NCBI GenBank assembly: GCA_023920165.1 | Contig: CP089281.1 | Span: forward strand, 682,001 to 746,000 | DNA: 64,000 nucleotides | Origin: Curvularia clavata | Lineage: Eukaryota | Reading direction: 5' to 3' | Shown: positions 1-12,964 of the stretch, piece by piece | Layout: each line of letters begins with the position of its first letter | How positions within the stretch are numbered: position 1 is the stretch's first letter | The notes under the pieces: model-generated | The model's input: the letters and a program-made list of their open reading frames with translations, nothing else | The model's database searches: none | What the model was told of the DNA's origin: nothing | Made by a program: the position numbers and the translations under genes

Positions 1-529
1 ATACCAGGCGCCGCTAGCAATTGGACACATACTAGTGGCGTCTCCACCTCAAGCCACAGCAACATGAATATTCCAAGCTGCAATCGTGAAGCTTTGACAA
101 ATCCAAAGGCGTTTGAAGTATCCCCATTCAACAATAATTTCTTGGTTCCGCTTCTTTAAGTGCGACGTTTAGTAATCCCGCAAGGCTGTCAGAGCCTCAG
201 TCCAAGGTGCTCACAGGCGATGACCTGCTTGCTTGCCTCGGCTACCATCCTTGTAAAGCTTCGCCCGTTCAAGCTTTAGCCCAGCCCGCAGGTAATCTTA
301 AAACACCATGGATAGTTCCTGCTCAGCAGTGCTATTGTGTATCGCGGTGTTCAGCTACTACTGACGTCACAACTTTCCATGGGTTCCGAGCCTTCCATCT
401 GGGCAGACATGCCACTTTCGCCTAGCCTATTGATCACTCAGCACTCGAGACGCGTTCCTGTCGCACAAGAAGCAATCTCCCACAACATGCCATGAGCGTC
501 GCGCGACCCATTTGTGTGCGCACGTCATA

Positions 530-2103
530 ATGGGTAGCTTCTGGCACTCGATCGCCTACTTCTTCCGGCTTCCTTTTCATATACAATGGAGAACGGCTCT
601 GGTTCAGCTGCCCCGGTTTGTACCGCTCTCAGTCCTCCACTACACGTCGCCCAAGGGACCCCATCCGTTCCTGATAGCGCTCCCGAGCCGAAAGGGAAAC
701 CTCATTTATGCATACACGTTTGTGCCACCAGCGCCTGTTGATCTAGACGGCGATGGCGAACAGCAGCGGAAAGAGACTGGAGAATGGCACGTACCGGTGG
801 TTTTGGACTGTTGGTAAACCCATGGCCAGAAAAGGTGTTTGACGTATGCTAACTTTATTCCCGTGATGTAGTACATGGAGGCGGGTTTATTATGGGTTCA
901 CCGTTAGAACAAGCCCCGTATGCGTCCATGATGTCTCGTGAGCTTGGGGCTGTAGTGCTAAGCGTATCGTACCGCATCGGCCCTTTCCACCAATTCCCAG
1001 CGGCGATCCACGATGCAGAAGATGTGCTTTCAGCAATACTGGACACGAACGGAGCATCGGAAGCAGGCAAGGTTTTGCGACAGGAGATACACAGATACTA
1101 TTCTATGGTACGATCCAATGCATTGGAGAAGAACAAAGGGCCCATTGCTCCGCACCTTGAGTATGTCAAGGACATTGTTCTCGATCCAACGCATCTGGCA
1201 ATATCGGGTTTTTCGGCAGGAGGCAACATTGCATTGAACATGGCCCTCTCAGTTCCACCCTGTCCTGAGATGGCAATGTCGCCAACTACGGGCCCTCGTT
1301 CGTGGGCGCAACACCCCACACGTGGTGATACTTTGTCGCCAACATTGCCAACGAATCGCAGAGCTACAATGCTAGATGATCCGTTTCAGGCGTGGCCCTC
1401 ACTTCTACCCCCACCAGAAGTTCAACCGCGGATGATGCCACTGCTACTGTTTTACCCGTCTCTAGATGCACGGCTGCTACCACACGAGCGCCCCATGAAG
1501 CCAATGCCCAATGCGTTAAAACCAGACGACCACCATACAGAGAAACCGCGAAGGCCCGGTTTATTTTCTATCCTGGGACCCACGTACCTGCCCAAGAAAC
1601 TGCGTGCCCACCCACGAGCGAGTCCTGGTCTCAACGACCCAGAACACATCCAGAAGAACGCAGCCATCTTGCTCGTTTTACCGGAAAAAGACACGCTAGC
1701 GGTGCAGAGCGATGTTTGGGTAGAGAAGATGAGACAGTCGGATTGGAACGGCCCCGTGCGTTTTGGCGACGGGCGCGACGGAGACTGGGACGGCCATGGT
1801 GATGGCGGTGTTGTTGGCCAAGCGGGATCTTCAACCACCCCTAGCGCCAAGAACGGCGGACTCGAGGTATGGCACGCACCGGGTTGCAGACATGGGTGGA
1901 CACAGTTTCCGGATCGGTTTGTGCCGCAGCATGAGCGCGAAGAGAGGGAGTTGGTATTTGCTCGTACGCTGGATTTTGTGAGGGAGAAATGGAGGATGGA
2001 GTTGAAGGTGGAGGCGGGGAACCAGACAGCGTGGAGAGCAGAGGAGGAGCAGGAGGTTCGGCCGTTGGTGATTCCGAGTCGGTTTCATGGGCTGGAAGAG
2101 TAG
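530..2103 (+). CDS. Alpha/beta hydrolase, HSL/Abhydrolase_3 type (2 exons: 530-809, 872-2103)
   Basis: Removing intron 810-871 (GTTGGT..GCTAAC..TAG) rebuilds VVLDLHGGGF. Also present: SYRIGP..FPAAIHD, nucleophile motif GFSAGG, and C-terminal D (EKDTL) and HGW. Confidence 0.88.
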
Positions 2104-5100
2104 TGATGGGTCGAAGGGTACGGACCTAGATGGTTCTGTATGCCCTAAGCAGTTTTTTTTTCGTATGGGGACGTCTGATGGCGACAACCACATAACATGA
2201 CATGTACATTTTACTCCAATCACGACACAAAAAAAGATTATACTACGGCATTCACTTCCGAACAATCTAATTTCCATCTCTCACGCTTCCTCTATTTTTT
2301 CCTTTTTTCTCCCATTAATCTGGGACACACAACTTACTGCCTGGTACACTGTGCCATTAGCAACGGATTATCATCTTGGCTCTCCCCGGAAGCAGATGGG
2401 ATCACCCAGAAAAAGGCGATGGAAAGGGGCATGAGAGGGGGAGATGGGGATCAACAGGAGGTGTTGTAGTACATGCTAGGGTAGTATTGGAAACTATGGT
2501 AATATGGTTTGCAGCGTAGCGGAGATGGGCTTGGCTTTGTCTTGGCCTTGGCTTTGGATTTGCGCAAGGAAGTATGTGATGAATTTGTTTTTTTTTTGGA
2601 TAGGGAGCGGGATTGAGATATTGCCAAGGAGATATCTATTGCTTCTTCTCTAGCTTCATTCTTTTTTTTTTTTTTTTTTGAAATATTTCCTTGTGGAGGA
2701 TATAGAAATGTCATTGTGATTTACGGGTATGTGGGTGAGGAGAGAATCAATGTACCTGACTAGCCTGACCTGTCCAGGTATTCTATAGACCAAAGGAAAG
2801 CAAGAGGACCAATGTACCTGACTAACCTGCTTGCATAATCTGTCTTGCAAGGTGAGGGGTTCAAAATACTGTGTAAGGGATATGGATTGTAACAAAGAAG
2901 CAGGGGTCCGTGCACGTGGGCGTGTGTTTCATGGAAAATGCAAGTAAGTGCATGTAACACACAGATACAGGCGTGTCTCTATGTCCGGCATTTTCGTCAC
3001 TGTGCAGATTATAATGTGAGAACTGTATTTGTTTGCTTGTGTATGCGAGTCCATGTGCAGTGAGCCATTGACTTTCCATTGGCCTGGGTTTTGGCAAGTA
3101 CCCTGGATCCATGGTTCCGCTATGCTGTACTGCACTCTGAGCTCCTGACCCATCTTTTTACAGGTAAATTTGTAAGCAGCGAAGTGTTGCAGCTCTTGAG
3201 TACGGTCAATTGCCAACACAACAGGGCGGATATGGTGTCCGCAATTGATGTTATACGCAAAAGCCGGTTTGGTTGGCGGGAACCGCATCTTGGGTAACCA
3301 GTTTCCCCACTTTGCACGCCTAGGTGGATGCTGACGAGTTAGGATTTTTTACAGCTGGACATCACGCGCGCACAGAAAATACAGAGTGGCATGACGACGA
3401 CGGCGAAGACGACGACAGACTACTCTTGAACTATACGTCATTGCACCTCGTCCACAGGGATGGTGGTGGTTACTACGGCCAGATGGATACAATGTGTTGT
3501 TATCTGGAGGCCCTTGACTGCAAGAAGCAAGCCGCGGCTTTACCCGGTTGTCAGGCATACCTTGGCCCACAATTGTCCAGAAGTACCGGAAACACACTAT
3601 TCTTACGTGGACTACACAGGCGGTGGGCTGCTGCGGCAGGAAAAGAAAACGGAGCCCGGCGAGATATGCTTAAAAAAAAGAACATGGGGAAGAGCGAGGC
3701 CGGAATAGGGAGGTACACGCAGGGCTCGAGAATGTACAGCAGAGGTACTTGAGAGACAGCCAAATTTCCCCGCATGCGCAGAAGCCGGCTGGGGCGCTTG
3801 CTGTTGAAACTGGCAGCGGCGGCAAGGGATTTTTTTAAACACAATCACAGCCAAACGAAACCCCCACGCTGCCCCAGACTCGAGGGAACCTGACTGCCGG
3901 GAGCATGTATGCTGGCGACGCGACTTTGTGCATGAGGGCGACGGGCTGCAGATGAATGACAGGACGTGGTTGGTGCAACCAGTAATGGAGCAGTCTTGCA
4001 GCGGGCTACGACGGCGTCGCGCCTGCTGTGGACTTGTCAGATGATGGGAGCCGAGGTGCGGGGACTAGAATGTGAAGGGAAGGTTGAGCAAGGGGCGGTG
4101 AGTGGTGGACGTGGTGGTTGGCAGCGGTGAAGTTGCTCTGGTGGGCTGGTGGGGAGACAGGACGCGATACGAGGCGCCGGCTTGCAGAATGAGGCATTTG
4201 GACGTCAGGTTCAAGCCAAGCTGAAATGCATGTGTTCGCGTGTAGGCAGCGTAAGACGGGCTGCCATGCTGTGCCGTTTGGCCGTCGTCAATCAGGGTCT
4301 TGGTCTTGTCTGCGCCCCTGGTCGACGACGTAAGTCTCATGCCCGGCTGTGCCCTGGAAATGGTGAGACGACGTTTCTGGGATGTTCGACTTGACGTAGA
4401 CAGCACAAGCAACAAGCCGCCGGACTCGGGCGACGAGTGGATGACTGAGCATGAGCATGAGCATGAGCGTGAGCAGCGCCGTGGGAGTGAAATTGCAGGC
4501 GCGTGCAAGGCCGAGCTTATTTGCAGCTAGTGTGCGACATGGCATGGCAGTAGTAATGGAAAGCCGTGCAGTGGGCGGCGATACCCACTCTTTTGTGTCT
4601 TTGGCCCAAAGCGGTGCCGAGACGCCATTGCACATCAAATTCCTTTCTCTCCCTCCCTTTGCCCTCGCACCTCGCTCCGACTCGCCCGTCCACGCCGCTA
4701 CTGTCGCAGCCTTCAACTGCGCATAGTCGTCTGACTGACGGGCTCCGCCAGCATCTTCCACGCCAGCCGCCAAGTCCACCACCATCAACGGCCCGTCGCC
4801 ACACGTCCTCGCCCTGCCCTTCTCGTCACCAGGTACCCCTTCCTCTCCACTCTGCCTGTCGCCGCCCAATTCTGATACGCCCTCAGGTCCCTACTTTGTT
4901 CCACCCCCAGGTTCAACTCTACGCTGCTCCGCCATGTTGCCAAAGATATCATAACACCGACTCCATTGGGGCGCCCCCCACCCTTCCTTGCAACCTGCCA
5001 TCATAGCTTCCACTAGCACCACCGCTGCCACGCCTCTGCAGAGCCTGTCCAAATCCTACGCCTGGGCCTATCCGACCTCCGAGTACCTCGACTGCTACCA

Positions 5101-5264
5101 AACACCTGCAGACGAACCAACTTTTACCACTACTTCCGCTACGACTACCACGACTACCCGGTCATCTTCCTCCTACCACGTCACCAGGCCCACTTCCGCA
5201 TTTCCACGCAAATTCCACATACTTTTATTCTTTCAAAGCTGCTTCCTCGGCCAGACAGCACACC

Positions 5265-7607
5265 ATGGCCAACGATCAAGACTACATAATCAGACGGGGC
5301 ACATTGCAAATAAGCACCCCGCAGACCATGTCCACAGCATCGCCACCCCTCATGACGACCGAGGACGAGACCATGGGCGACCTGGATGAACCTCCTGAAC
5401 CCCGTGCCCACCGTCCGGCGCCCTTGGTACTCGGCACCACCACCTCGACGTCGTCATTCACAAAATCAAAGCCTGTTTGCGACCGGAAAGAGTCGCTGCT
5501 CACCTCAGCCCTCAGATCTGGATCCACCACGAGCTCTCCAGTCGAGGATCATTCCGAAGTGAGCCCAGTCCGCGGCATGTCGTGCGTCTCGACATGGAGC
5601 AACAGCGGCACCGCCGATCTCACAAGTGACGGAGGCCTCACAAGTCCTGGCACCCGGCCCTGCACACCCAGTCCACCACTTCCCTCGACAGCCTTCCAAG
5701 GCATTTTGCCCATGTTCAACAAGAAGCAATTGGAGCTACCCGTCTCGGTCGTCTCACACGATGACGAGAACATTACCCCAGTACAAAAGGCCGTTGTGTC
5801 TGCTCAGAATAACGAGCAGAACATTGAAGCAGTTTTAGGAAGAAAGAGATGTATCATGTTCGCATGTGGCGCCAAGGAGGAGAAGAAGAAGCCCGAAGAA
5901 CCAAAACCTGCCCCTGCATCAGAGGCGCCTCCAAAGCGTGTCAGCACAATCAAGTTCGCCTGCCCATCCAGGCCTTCAGAGGAAGCCCCTTCCAAACCCG
6001 CCACGGCAAAGCCCCGGAGACTGGCTAGCCCGGCGCCTCCACCACACCGGATCCCTTCGTCTCCAAAGCCGAGCCAGAAATTCCACCGCGACTCCGATTC
6101 TACTGTTCGCAACAATTCGCCTGTCAGCGTCCGGAAACCTCGCCCAGTTGACCGGACCCGCCGGCTGAGCGCCAATTCGGACCTGGCTCGCTGCGAAGCA
6201 TACCGCTTCCACGAGTTTGCTAGCTCAGAAGAGGAAGTCGAAGAGTGGACACAAGAAGTTACCTGCCACCGAAGCAGGCTCACTGTTCAAGATACGCTCA
6301 AAATCGAGAACAACTTACGCAAGCTAGGAGAAGAAGTTGCTGAAGAGGAGGCAATTGATGAAGAGGACGAGGAGGAAGACGAAGATGATATCGCCGAGAT
6401 GGATGACGATGATGATGACGATCTGCTTGACGAAGACCAGGACGACAGCGATGCACGCAGCGATACCACTGACGAGGGTTTCCAGACAGATGACGAGAAC
6501 GGATTTGCTGGATCCGATGATGAGAGCGATGCCGGGTCCGATTACAACTGGTGGGCCCCTGGAGCCTCGACTGCTGCGACATCAGTAGAGCACCTGGAGC
6601 AGCTTCGCTTGAAGCCCCGCCGAGCCGTGTCCGAGTCGTCAATTGGGTCTCTGGAGAGCCGGGATGGCCTCAAAATCATGGATAAGCCTCCAAAGCGGAA
6701 GAAGTCCAGACCGGTCAATATTCGCGTTCCAAGCCCCGAATTGCCCGACAGCACCGACTTTGTTTGCGGTACCCTTGACGAGGATAGGCCGGCAGAGGAG
6801 GCATACATGTCGACACTCGAACGCCGACGTGCTGCCAAGCACAAGCCCACTCCACAAGACATTGACCCCACCTTTCCTACGTCAGACCCTGAACTTCCTG
6901 ATGACGAAGAAGACGAGGTCTCCGAATGCGAGCGATTTGCCTCCGAGACGGATCACCTGATGATGCACGGTCGCATGGATCCTGATGCTGACTTGCGCGG
7001 TCGTCGCAAGGACATCAACAGGAAGCGGTCGCCCCTGCCTTCTCCGAAGCGCTTGCGGTCACCGCCACCCACCAAGCGTGCCGTGCATCGCTCTCCACCT
7101 CCACGCAAGTTGTTTGGCAATTCTCCTCCTAAACGATTGCATTCTCCTCCGCCTCCCATGCGTCTGAGATCGCCACCTCCTACTCGTCGGGGTTCTGTCA
7201 ATCCCTTGGCCGCCCGCCAGCGTAGCGACATTTCGATACGCTTTGGCGGTATTGCCGAACGTCCCACGCCTACAGTCTCCGCTTCTGTTCCACGCACCCC
7301 AATTACCATGAGGAACCCATTTGACCTCGAAGAAGAGGACGATGACACTGTTGACATGCCTGTGCGCCGAGCTATTGACATCAAGGTCGGGCTCGAGAAG
7401 AAGAAGCAGCGCCGCAAGGAAAAGCTGTATCGAAAGCAGCACCGTAAAGGCGCAAAAGAGAAGCGTCCTGCGCCTGGCCGTGGTGCCGAGCGCATGCGCG
7501 AAATGGGCCTAGCAGTCCATGCCCACAAGGGTAAAAATACCGTTTTCCAGCCTTTTCAGATTCGCCATCCTGCGGATGAGGAGGATATGCATGTTTTGTC
7601 TGCATAG
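5265..7607 (+). CDS. Uncharacterised, largely disordered fungal protein (780 aa) with an acidic tract, SP-rich repeats and a basic C-terminal NLS-like region
   Basis: Long intronless ORF with good start context (caccATGg). Contains conserved-looking blocks such as LPDSTDFVCGTLDEDRP and PGRGAERMREMGL. Confidence 0.8.
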   Translation: MANDQDYIIRRGTLQISTPQTMSTASPPLMTTEDETMGDLDEPPEPRAHRPAPLVLGTTTSTSSFTKSKPVCDRKESLLTSALRSGSTTSSPVEDHSEVSPVRGMSCVSTWSNSGTADLTSDGGLTSPGTRPCTPSPPLPSTAFQGILPMFNKKQLELPVSVVSHDDENITPVQKAVVSAQNNEQNIEAVLGRKRCIMFACGAKEEKKKPEEPKPAPASEAPPKRVSTIKFACPSRPSEEAPSKPATAKPRRLASPAPPPHRIPSSPKPSQKFHRDSDSTVRNNSPVSVRKPRPVDRTRRLSANSDLARCEAYRFHEFASSEEEVEEWTQEVTCHRSRLTVQDTLKIENNLRKLGEEVAEEEAIDEEDEEEDEDDIAEMDDDDDDDLLDEDQDDSDARSDTTDEGFQTDDENGFAGSDDESDAGSDYNWWAPGASTAATSVEHLEQLRLKPRRAVSESSIGSLESRDGLKIMDKPPKRKKSRPVNIRVPSPELPDSTDFVCGTLDEDRPAEEAYMSTLERRRAAKHKPTPQDIDPTFPTSDPELPDDEEDEVSECERFASETDHLMMHGRMDPDADLRGRRKDINRKRSPLPSPKRLRSPPPTKRAVHRSPPPRKLFGNSPPKRLHSPPPPMRLRSPPPTRRGSVNPLAARQRSDISIRFGGIAERPTPTVSASVPRTPITMRNPFDLEEEDDDTVDMPVRRAIDIKVGLEKKKQRRKEKLYRKQHRKGAKEKRPAPGRGAERMREMGLAVHAHKGKNTVFQPFQIRHPADEEDMHVLSA

Positions 7608-9089
7608 TTTGTTGGAGTTTGGAGGATGGGCTTCCTTTTTTCCTACCTTTCTCCTTCTATGACTACTACTACTACTTACTTCTACTTTCTACTTTTCAAC
7701 TGTATATGTATGTGATGGATCAGCGCCGCCCTGGCTCGAGTTCTCTTTTTTCTTACTTTTTAGTAGCCAGGCACACTTTACCTGTCTCTCTTCTCTCTTT
7801 CCTGCTACATCTGTCTTGCACATGGGCATGTCGCAGCAAAGAAACGCGAGAGACTTGTTGGTCGCTGATCCCACATCAGGTTTTTTTTATCACATGTGGT
7901 ATCCTAAATTAGGTCATTGCATCCTCTTTTTTTTCGCGATTTTTTGGTGGGGTTTGGTTGAGGTTTAGAATTTAGCGATTGGGCATTGTGTCGTTCATAG
8001 TGGAATGAAGCATTGGGACAGTATCCAGCTGTTCTTGGTACTCTGGTTGTTCACTTGACTTAACTCTTTTTGTTCAATCTTTTCTCCTTCTCCTTTAAGA
8101 GTCGGGAGACACATGTTCGTCTAGGCTGCTGTTACTTGGCTTGAATGTAAGAACGATGTCTGGACTCTACTTTGGACAATGCATCTGCGTGAATGCTGTA
8201 CCGTCACTTTTTTTCTCATGCTCTCCATCGTGTTCATCAGTGTGCGAGTCTGACTTTCTTCGTAACAAAAGATGTCTGGTAGGCTTCTTGCTAGACTTGA
8301 AATATGTGTGAATTTTCCCTTGTTCGTCTGGTATATCATGCCCACTGCGTTTGAGTCGATACATTAGTTTTAGCAAGGACTTATGTCCGAAGAGACATGA
8401 GAAGGGACAAAGGGGACCACGACAGTGGTAGTACAAGGATGAATGTAGTATTCACTTTCTTCATTTTTTTGGTTTCTTTCATATATGGTTTTTTCAGGTC
8501 CCTTGACCTAGGCTTTCTAGTTGAGTTACTAGGCCTGTGTCATCACCCCATCTATCCCTGGGTCTCTCTTTGTATCCCGATCCACACACGTCCGCCCCTG
8601 TGATGGCTCTCATGTTACGAGGAGAGGGGTGGCCCCTTTGCCCCGCCTATCCGCGCCCTGCCTTTGGGCGAAAACAACAAAAAGAAAAGTGTATGCTGCG
8701 CTGAGACTCCAGGAGATAACCGGGTATATCTCAGCTGTGCGGACATTTGGTGTCCGGCGAAGGAGAAGAAAGGGAAAGAATCAGGGCCGTGTCAAGGACG
8801 TCGTCGGTTGGAGTGGGTGTACATCCCCTCAGAAAATGAAGTGTTTGTTGTGATCAAGAGGTGTGATGTCCCACAGGGGACTTTTTAATCGACGGTAACG
8901 CGGAAGACTGGTAGTGCTGAGAGAGGGCAAACTGTGTAGTTCCCCAGCTACCGCACAGCATCAACGGCAACGAGGTAAACCAGATATGCCGTGTCTGTGA
9001 CAGAGTGTGCGTCGAAGGGGCGTGCTGGGACACCTTGCTTGCAGCGTTGTCGCTATCATGCATGAGACTTGTAGCCGAAACAAAAATCA

Positions 9090-9730
9090 TCAGCGCTGCG
9101 ACGTCGTTGGTGTAGCACAGGTAGCGTACTCTGCAGTCAGTGCTTTCTCTTCTCCTTCGAGCATGATTCTCTTTGTGCGGGTGGTGCATCTGTTCAGTCG
9201 TTAGCCTTGCTACTATATAATAGACGGAGGGATGAATGAACGTACCTAACCCAGATATACTCTGCAACCAGGTAGACGATGAAAAGCAGCATGAATAGCC
9301 CCACCACAGTGCCAACATAATGTATCTCTGGCTTTATTCCCGCGCTCTGACTCTCAACGTACTCGAGATCATTACCAAAGCCGCAGATGAGTCTGTTCTC
9401 GCTGCGAATCTCCTTTGAGGGATCAAGCGGTAGCGTCTTCCCCTGGTGGATGGCGTCTAGGACTGTGGTTGGGAGCGGCTTGGGGATGGAAAGGATCTTT
9501 GCAATGGCTTTATCGCTGGCGAATTGGATCTTGAGGTCATTTGCTGTGGCGAGGGAATGTGCGGTTTCCCAGTCGAGTGTGAGTAACTCCTGGTACATGC
9601 AATGGGTTGGTGCGGCGCTTGTAGAGAAGGTCAGGCAGCGGCACTGGATGTCGTCGAGATTGACTTGTTTGGCTGGCGCAGCGAAGGCGCAGGTTACGCT
9701 AAGGAGCAGGATGAGGCCTTTTGAAAACAT
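9090..9730 (-). CDS. Small secretory-pathway single-pass membrane protein (exons 9730-9246, 9189-9090)
   Basis: Signal peptide MFSKGLILLLSVTCAFA, several Cys, TM segment VGTVVGLFMLLFIVYLVAEYIW. Intron 9245-9190 (GTACGT..GCTAAC..CAG) gives the tail RCTTRTKRIMLEGEEKALTAEY. Confidence 0.75.
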
Positions 9731-11506
9731 GATGAATGAAACGAGGGGTTTCTCAGGGACTGAGGGATTTTCGAGATATGGGAAAGGAGAGAAGGCCGGG
9801 GCACACGTGGATGGAACAGGAAAGCCACGATCTATAATGGTATGGCTGTTTTCGGTGGTACTGAGTGACGGACTGGCAAATGAATCTAGACCGGCGTTAG
9901 TGCAAGCTGCTTGGGATACAAAAGGCACCACCAGGTAAACGCACGCGGGGCTCAGAAGAATCCATTCAATGGATATCGGAAAGGTCAGCCACAGGCAGGT
10001 CAAAGGGCAGGGGACAACGCTTTATGAATTTAGCATGATGAGTGGTGAGATTGGCGCGGGCCGGCCAGGGCTAATATGGCGCAGTTGAGTGAGCATCTGT
10101 TTCTGGCACAGCCTCAGCCGCCGATTCGGGGGTTCCACGGAGGGCGGCGTTGCTCAAGCCACTCTAAAAAGGACGCTGTGGTGTGCTGTTTCGTGTAGGT
10201 AGCCCCTGTCGCGCGTTTAGGCTGACGGCGTTCAGGATCCACGGCTAGGTCAGCCACAGTTATTGATGCTATACGCAGCGGATCAAGACCAAAAGTGGCT
10301 TTATTCCCGGGCAGAGAGAGATGGCAGCCTGGATGGAAATTTGCTGCCGTGTTTGCCGTGGCTGGTGCCCCGCGTATACTCTGTACAGAAGAGCAGGCCT
10401 GACGGTGCAGCCAGGGAGCGATACAGACGACGACGGCGAGGTCTCCGAAATGCATGCAGCGACAGGGGTGAGCAGAACGGTCCAACCACCAGCGGGCTGA
10501 GCGCTCGATTGGCCGTCCAAACAAGCTTTGGCGGCGCACGTCAAAGCACATCAAGCGTGGAGAGAAGGGGGGCCTGAAAAGGTCACCATGTGGGTGTGAG
10601 CCATTTGCTTGCTGCGGTCTAGTGACTAGTATCGCCCGTGCCCACCAAAGGACCCCGTGCTTCTTCCAGTCTTCCCCAATAGCATGGACCGAATTTGGAA
10701 CATACGAGCTGCGAGTCCGCTGGGGCCATGGACATGTCGGTTGGCGGCACATCATCAGCATCATCATCGGAGGCGCAGCTTACGACGACACCGCGAGCGT
10801 ATATTCCTGCAGCATCATTGCAAGCCCCGAACACTGCTGTGCCCCACCCTATAACATCACCAAGAAGTTATCCATACTTGTAGTGCCAGGATTAAATCCA
10901 GTTTGATCATCATCGACGCTTCGCAGCCGTTGGGAAACACGCGTCATGGGCTGCGGCGCCTTGCGGAAACACGAACTCGGGGCCTCATCTCCCCCTCTCC
11001 CTGCATGACACTGCCCACACAATCCACCGTCTTGGAAGCCGACCTCTCAGATGCAAATGAGAGCTTGGAGAGCCAGCAAGCAGACGACATGTCAGGGGCC
11101 CTTGGCAAAGTCCAAACGACGATGCAGAGGGAACAGCCACACCCGTGGGCCGTGGTCACACCAAAGCATATACGCCGGTCCTGGAATGTTTCAAACATTT
11201 GATGGCGCAATAGTCCGCCCGTTGTATCGACTTGCCATGTGAAACTATTAACGTCGATTGGCTATCAGAAAAACAAAACTATACTATAGGCATGTGTGTG
11301 TACTCCGCACTCTAACAAGCACCGGGCTAGTCGCCATAATCTTCTTCATCTCCATCACGCCCTGCACCCTGTGTCTCTGCATATCGATCTCGGGCATGGA
11401 AATCTTGGTTTCCGACAACAGCCGCGGCATCCGAGTCGGCATCTAGCATCTCTGGATGCTGTTGCGCGAGTCCGACCTCCATCAACCATCTCTCAACCTT
11501 GCACCT

Positions 11507-12964
11507 TCACTTTTCATCTTCGTCCTGCCCGTATCCCGTGATACCGCCCAACAGCCCACCCACTCCCCTTCCAACGCCTCCTAGCGTACTACCGACACCA
11601 CCCACCACATCTCCTTTACCCAACTTGCTGACTCCAGCACCTAGCCCACCAGTAATACCACTGACGGCGTTATTGGCCCCTTTGCCAACATTTCCCACGA
11701 CGCCGCCAACTGGGCCCCCAACGGTGCCGCCCAGCCCAGCGAGTCCATCACCAACTGTGTTTCCGAGTCCCTTTCCAACCCCGGTGACAGTGTTACCTAT
11801 CTTTGCATTAGCAGATGCGTCCAAACAAAAAGCAACAAAAGAAGGAATGACGTACCAACACCGCTCGTCGCCCCGGCCACACCCCCCCTGATATCGCCCT
11901 TGCCCAGCGCCCCCGTTGTCTTACTCACTGTCCCCTGTACGCCCTTGGTCGCACTACCAACGGTATAATACACATTATCCACTGCGCCCGTTGCTGTTTT
12001 ACCCACTCCATCAGTCACATGCTTGACAGGGCCCCCAACACCCGCAGGTAACTTGTCTAGCCCCTTTCCAGCGACGCCCGTCACGCCGTTGAGCGTACCG
12101 TTGACGCCTCTGGTCGCGGAATCGGTAATGGTATTCAGTGTGCCTGTAGTAGTGCCCACGGTTTTGTTCAGAGTGCCAGTGGCGGTGGAGACGCCTTTGC
12201 CTACGACGCCCGGTTGCTTTTTGGCTGCAGGGGCGATTTGGCCTGGTGCGGGATGAGCTTGGATTACAGAGAGGGGGGTGGGAGTGGTACCGTCTGGGTT
12301 CGCCTTGACGGCTGAAGTCTGCTTGACGGCGGGGGCTTTGGAGGCGGTGGGGGTGGATTTCACAGGAGTGGCTTTTGTGGTGGAAGAAACGGCGCCAGTG
12401 GTGCTCTTTACGGGCGTGCTGGTGGTCTTCTTGACAGTGCTGGCGGGCTTCGAGGCGGCCGTCGTGTCTGCTGCTGCTGCGGCAGGGTTCTTCCTGATGG
12501 GCAGTGGTTTGACAGTGCCAAGTGGTGTGCGTGCGGGGGCGGGCTTGGATGTCCCGTTGCCAGGTGTTTTAACTGCTGGTGCTGTGGTCTTCTTCACAGC
12601 CGGTGTCGTGTCGGCTTTCTTGACAGCCCCAGATACCGCTTTTGCGGGCGTAGTCGTCGTCGTCTTGGGTGTAGTTGATCCGCCATTGGCATCAAGTTTC
12701 TTAGGAACTTTCTTCACAGGAGTAGCAGCCGAATTTGCAGTATTCGTCGCCGTCGCAGTTGCCTTCTTCACAGGGGTGGCTTTGGTCGCTGATGTCGCTG
12801 TCTTTACTGGCGTCGCTGGCTTCTTCGCCGTTGACTGAGCAACGTTGGAGAGGTTTCCTACGCTTGCTGTAAACGTTCGGTTAGCATCCATGCATAACTG
12901 TAACGGCTGCTAGCTCACATTGCAGCGCAGCGTTTTGCTGCTTCAGTTGATCCAAGGCGGACAT
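11507..12964 (-). CDS. Low-complexity protein with a Thr/Ala/Lys/Pro-rich N-half and Gly/Val/Thr-rich repeat C-half (exons 12964-12919, 12866-11856, 11796-11507)
   Basis: Two canonical introns (12918-12867 GTGAGC..GCTAAC..CAG; 11855-11797 GTACGT..CTAAT..TAG) join three ORF pieces in frame. Confidence 0.75.

Noticed and set aside
2640..2829. Poly-T run and a 20-bp direct repeat (2748-2767 / 2810-2829)
   Set aside because: Only two copies with no element structure; not CRISPR-like or LTR-like.
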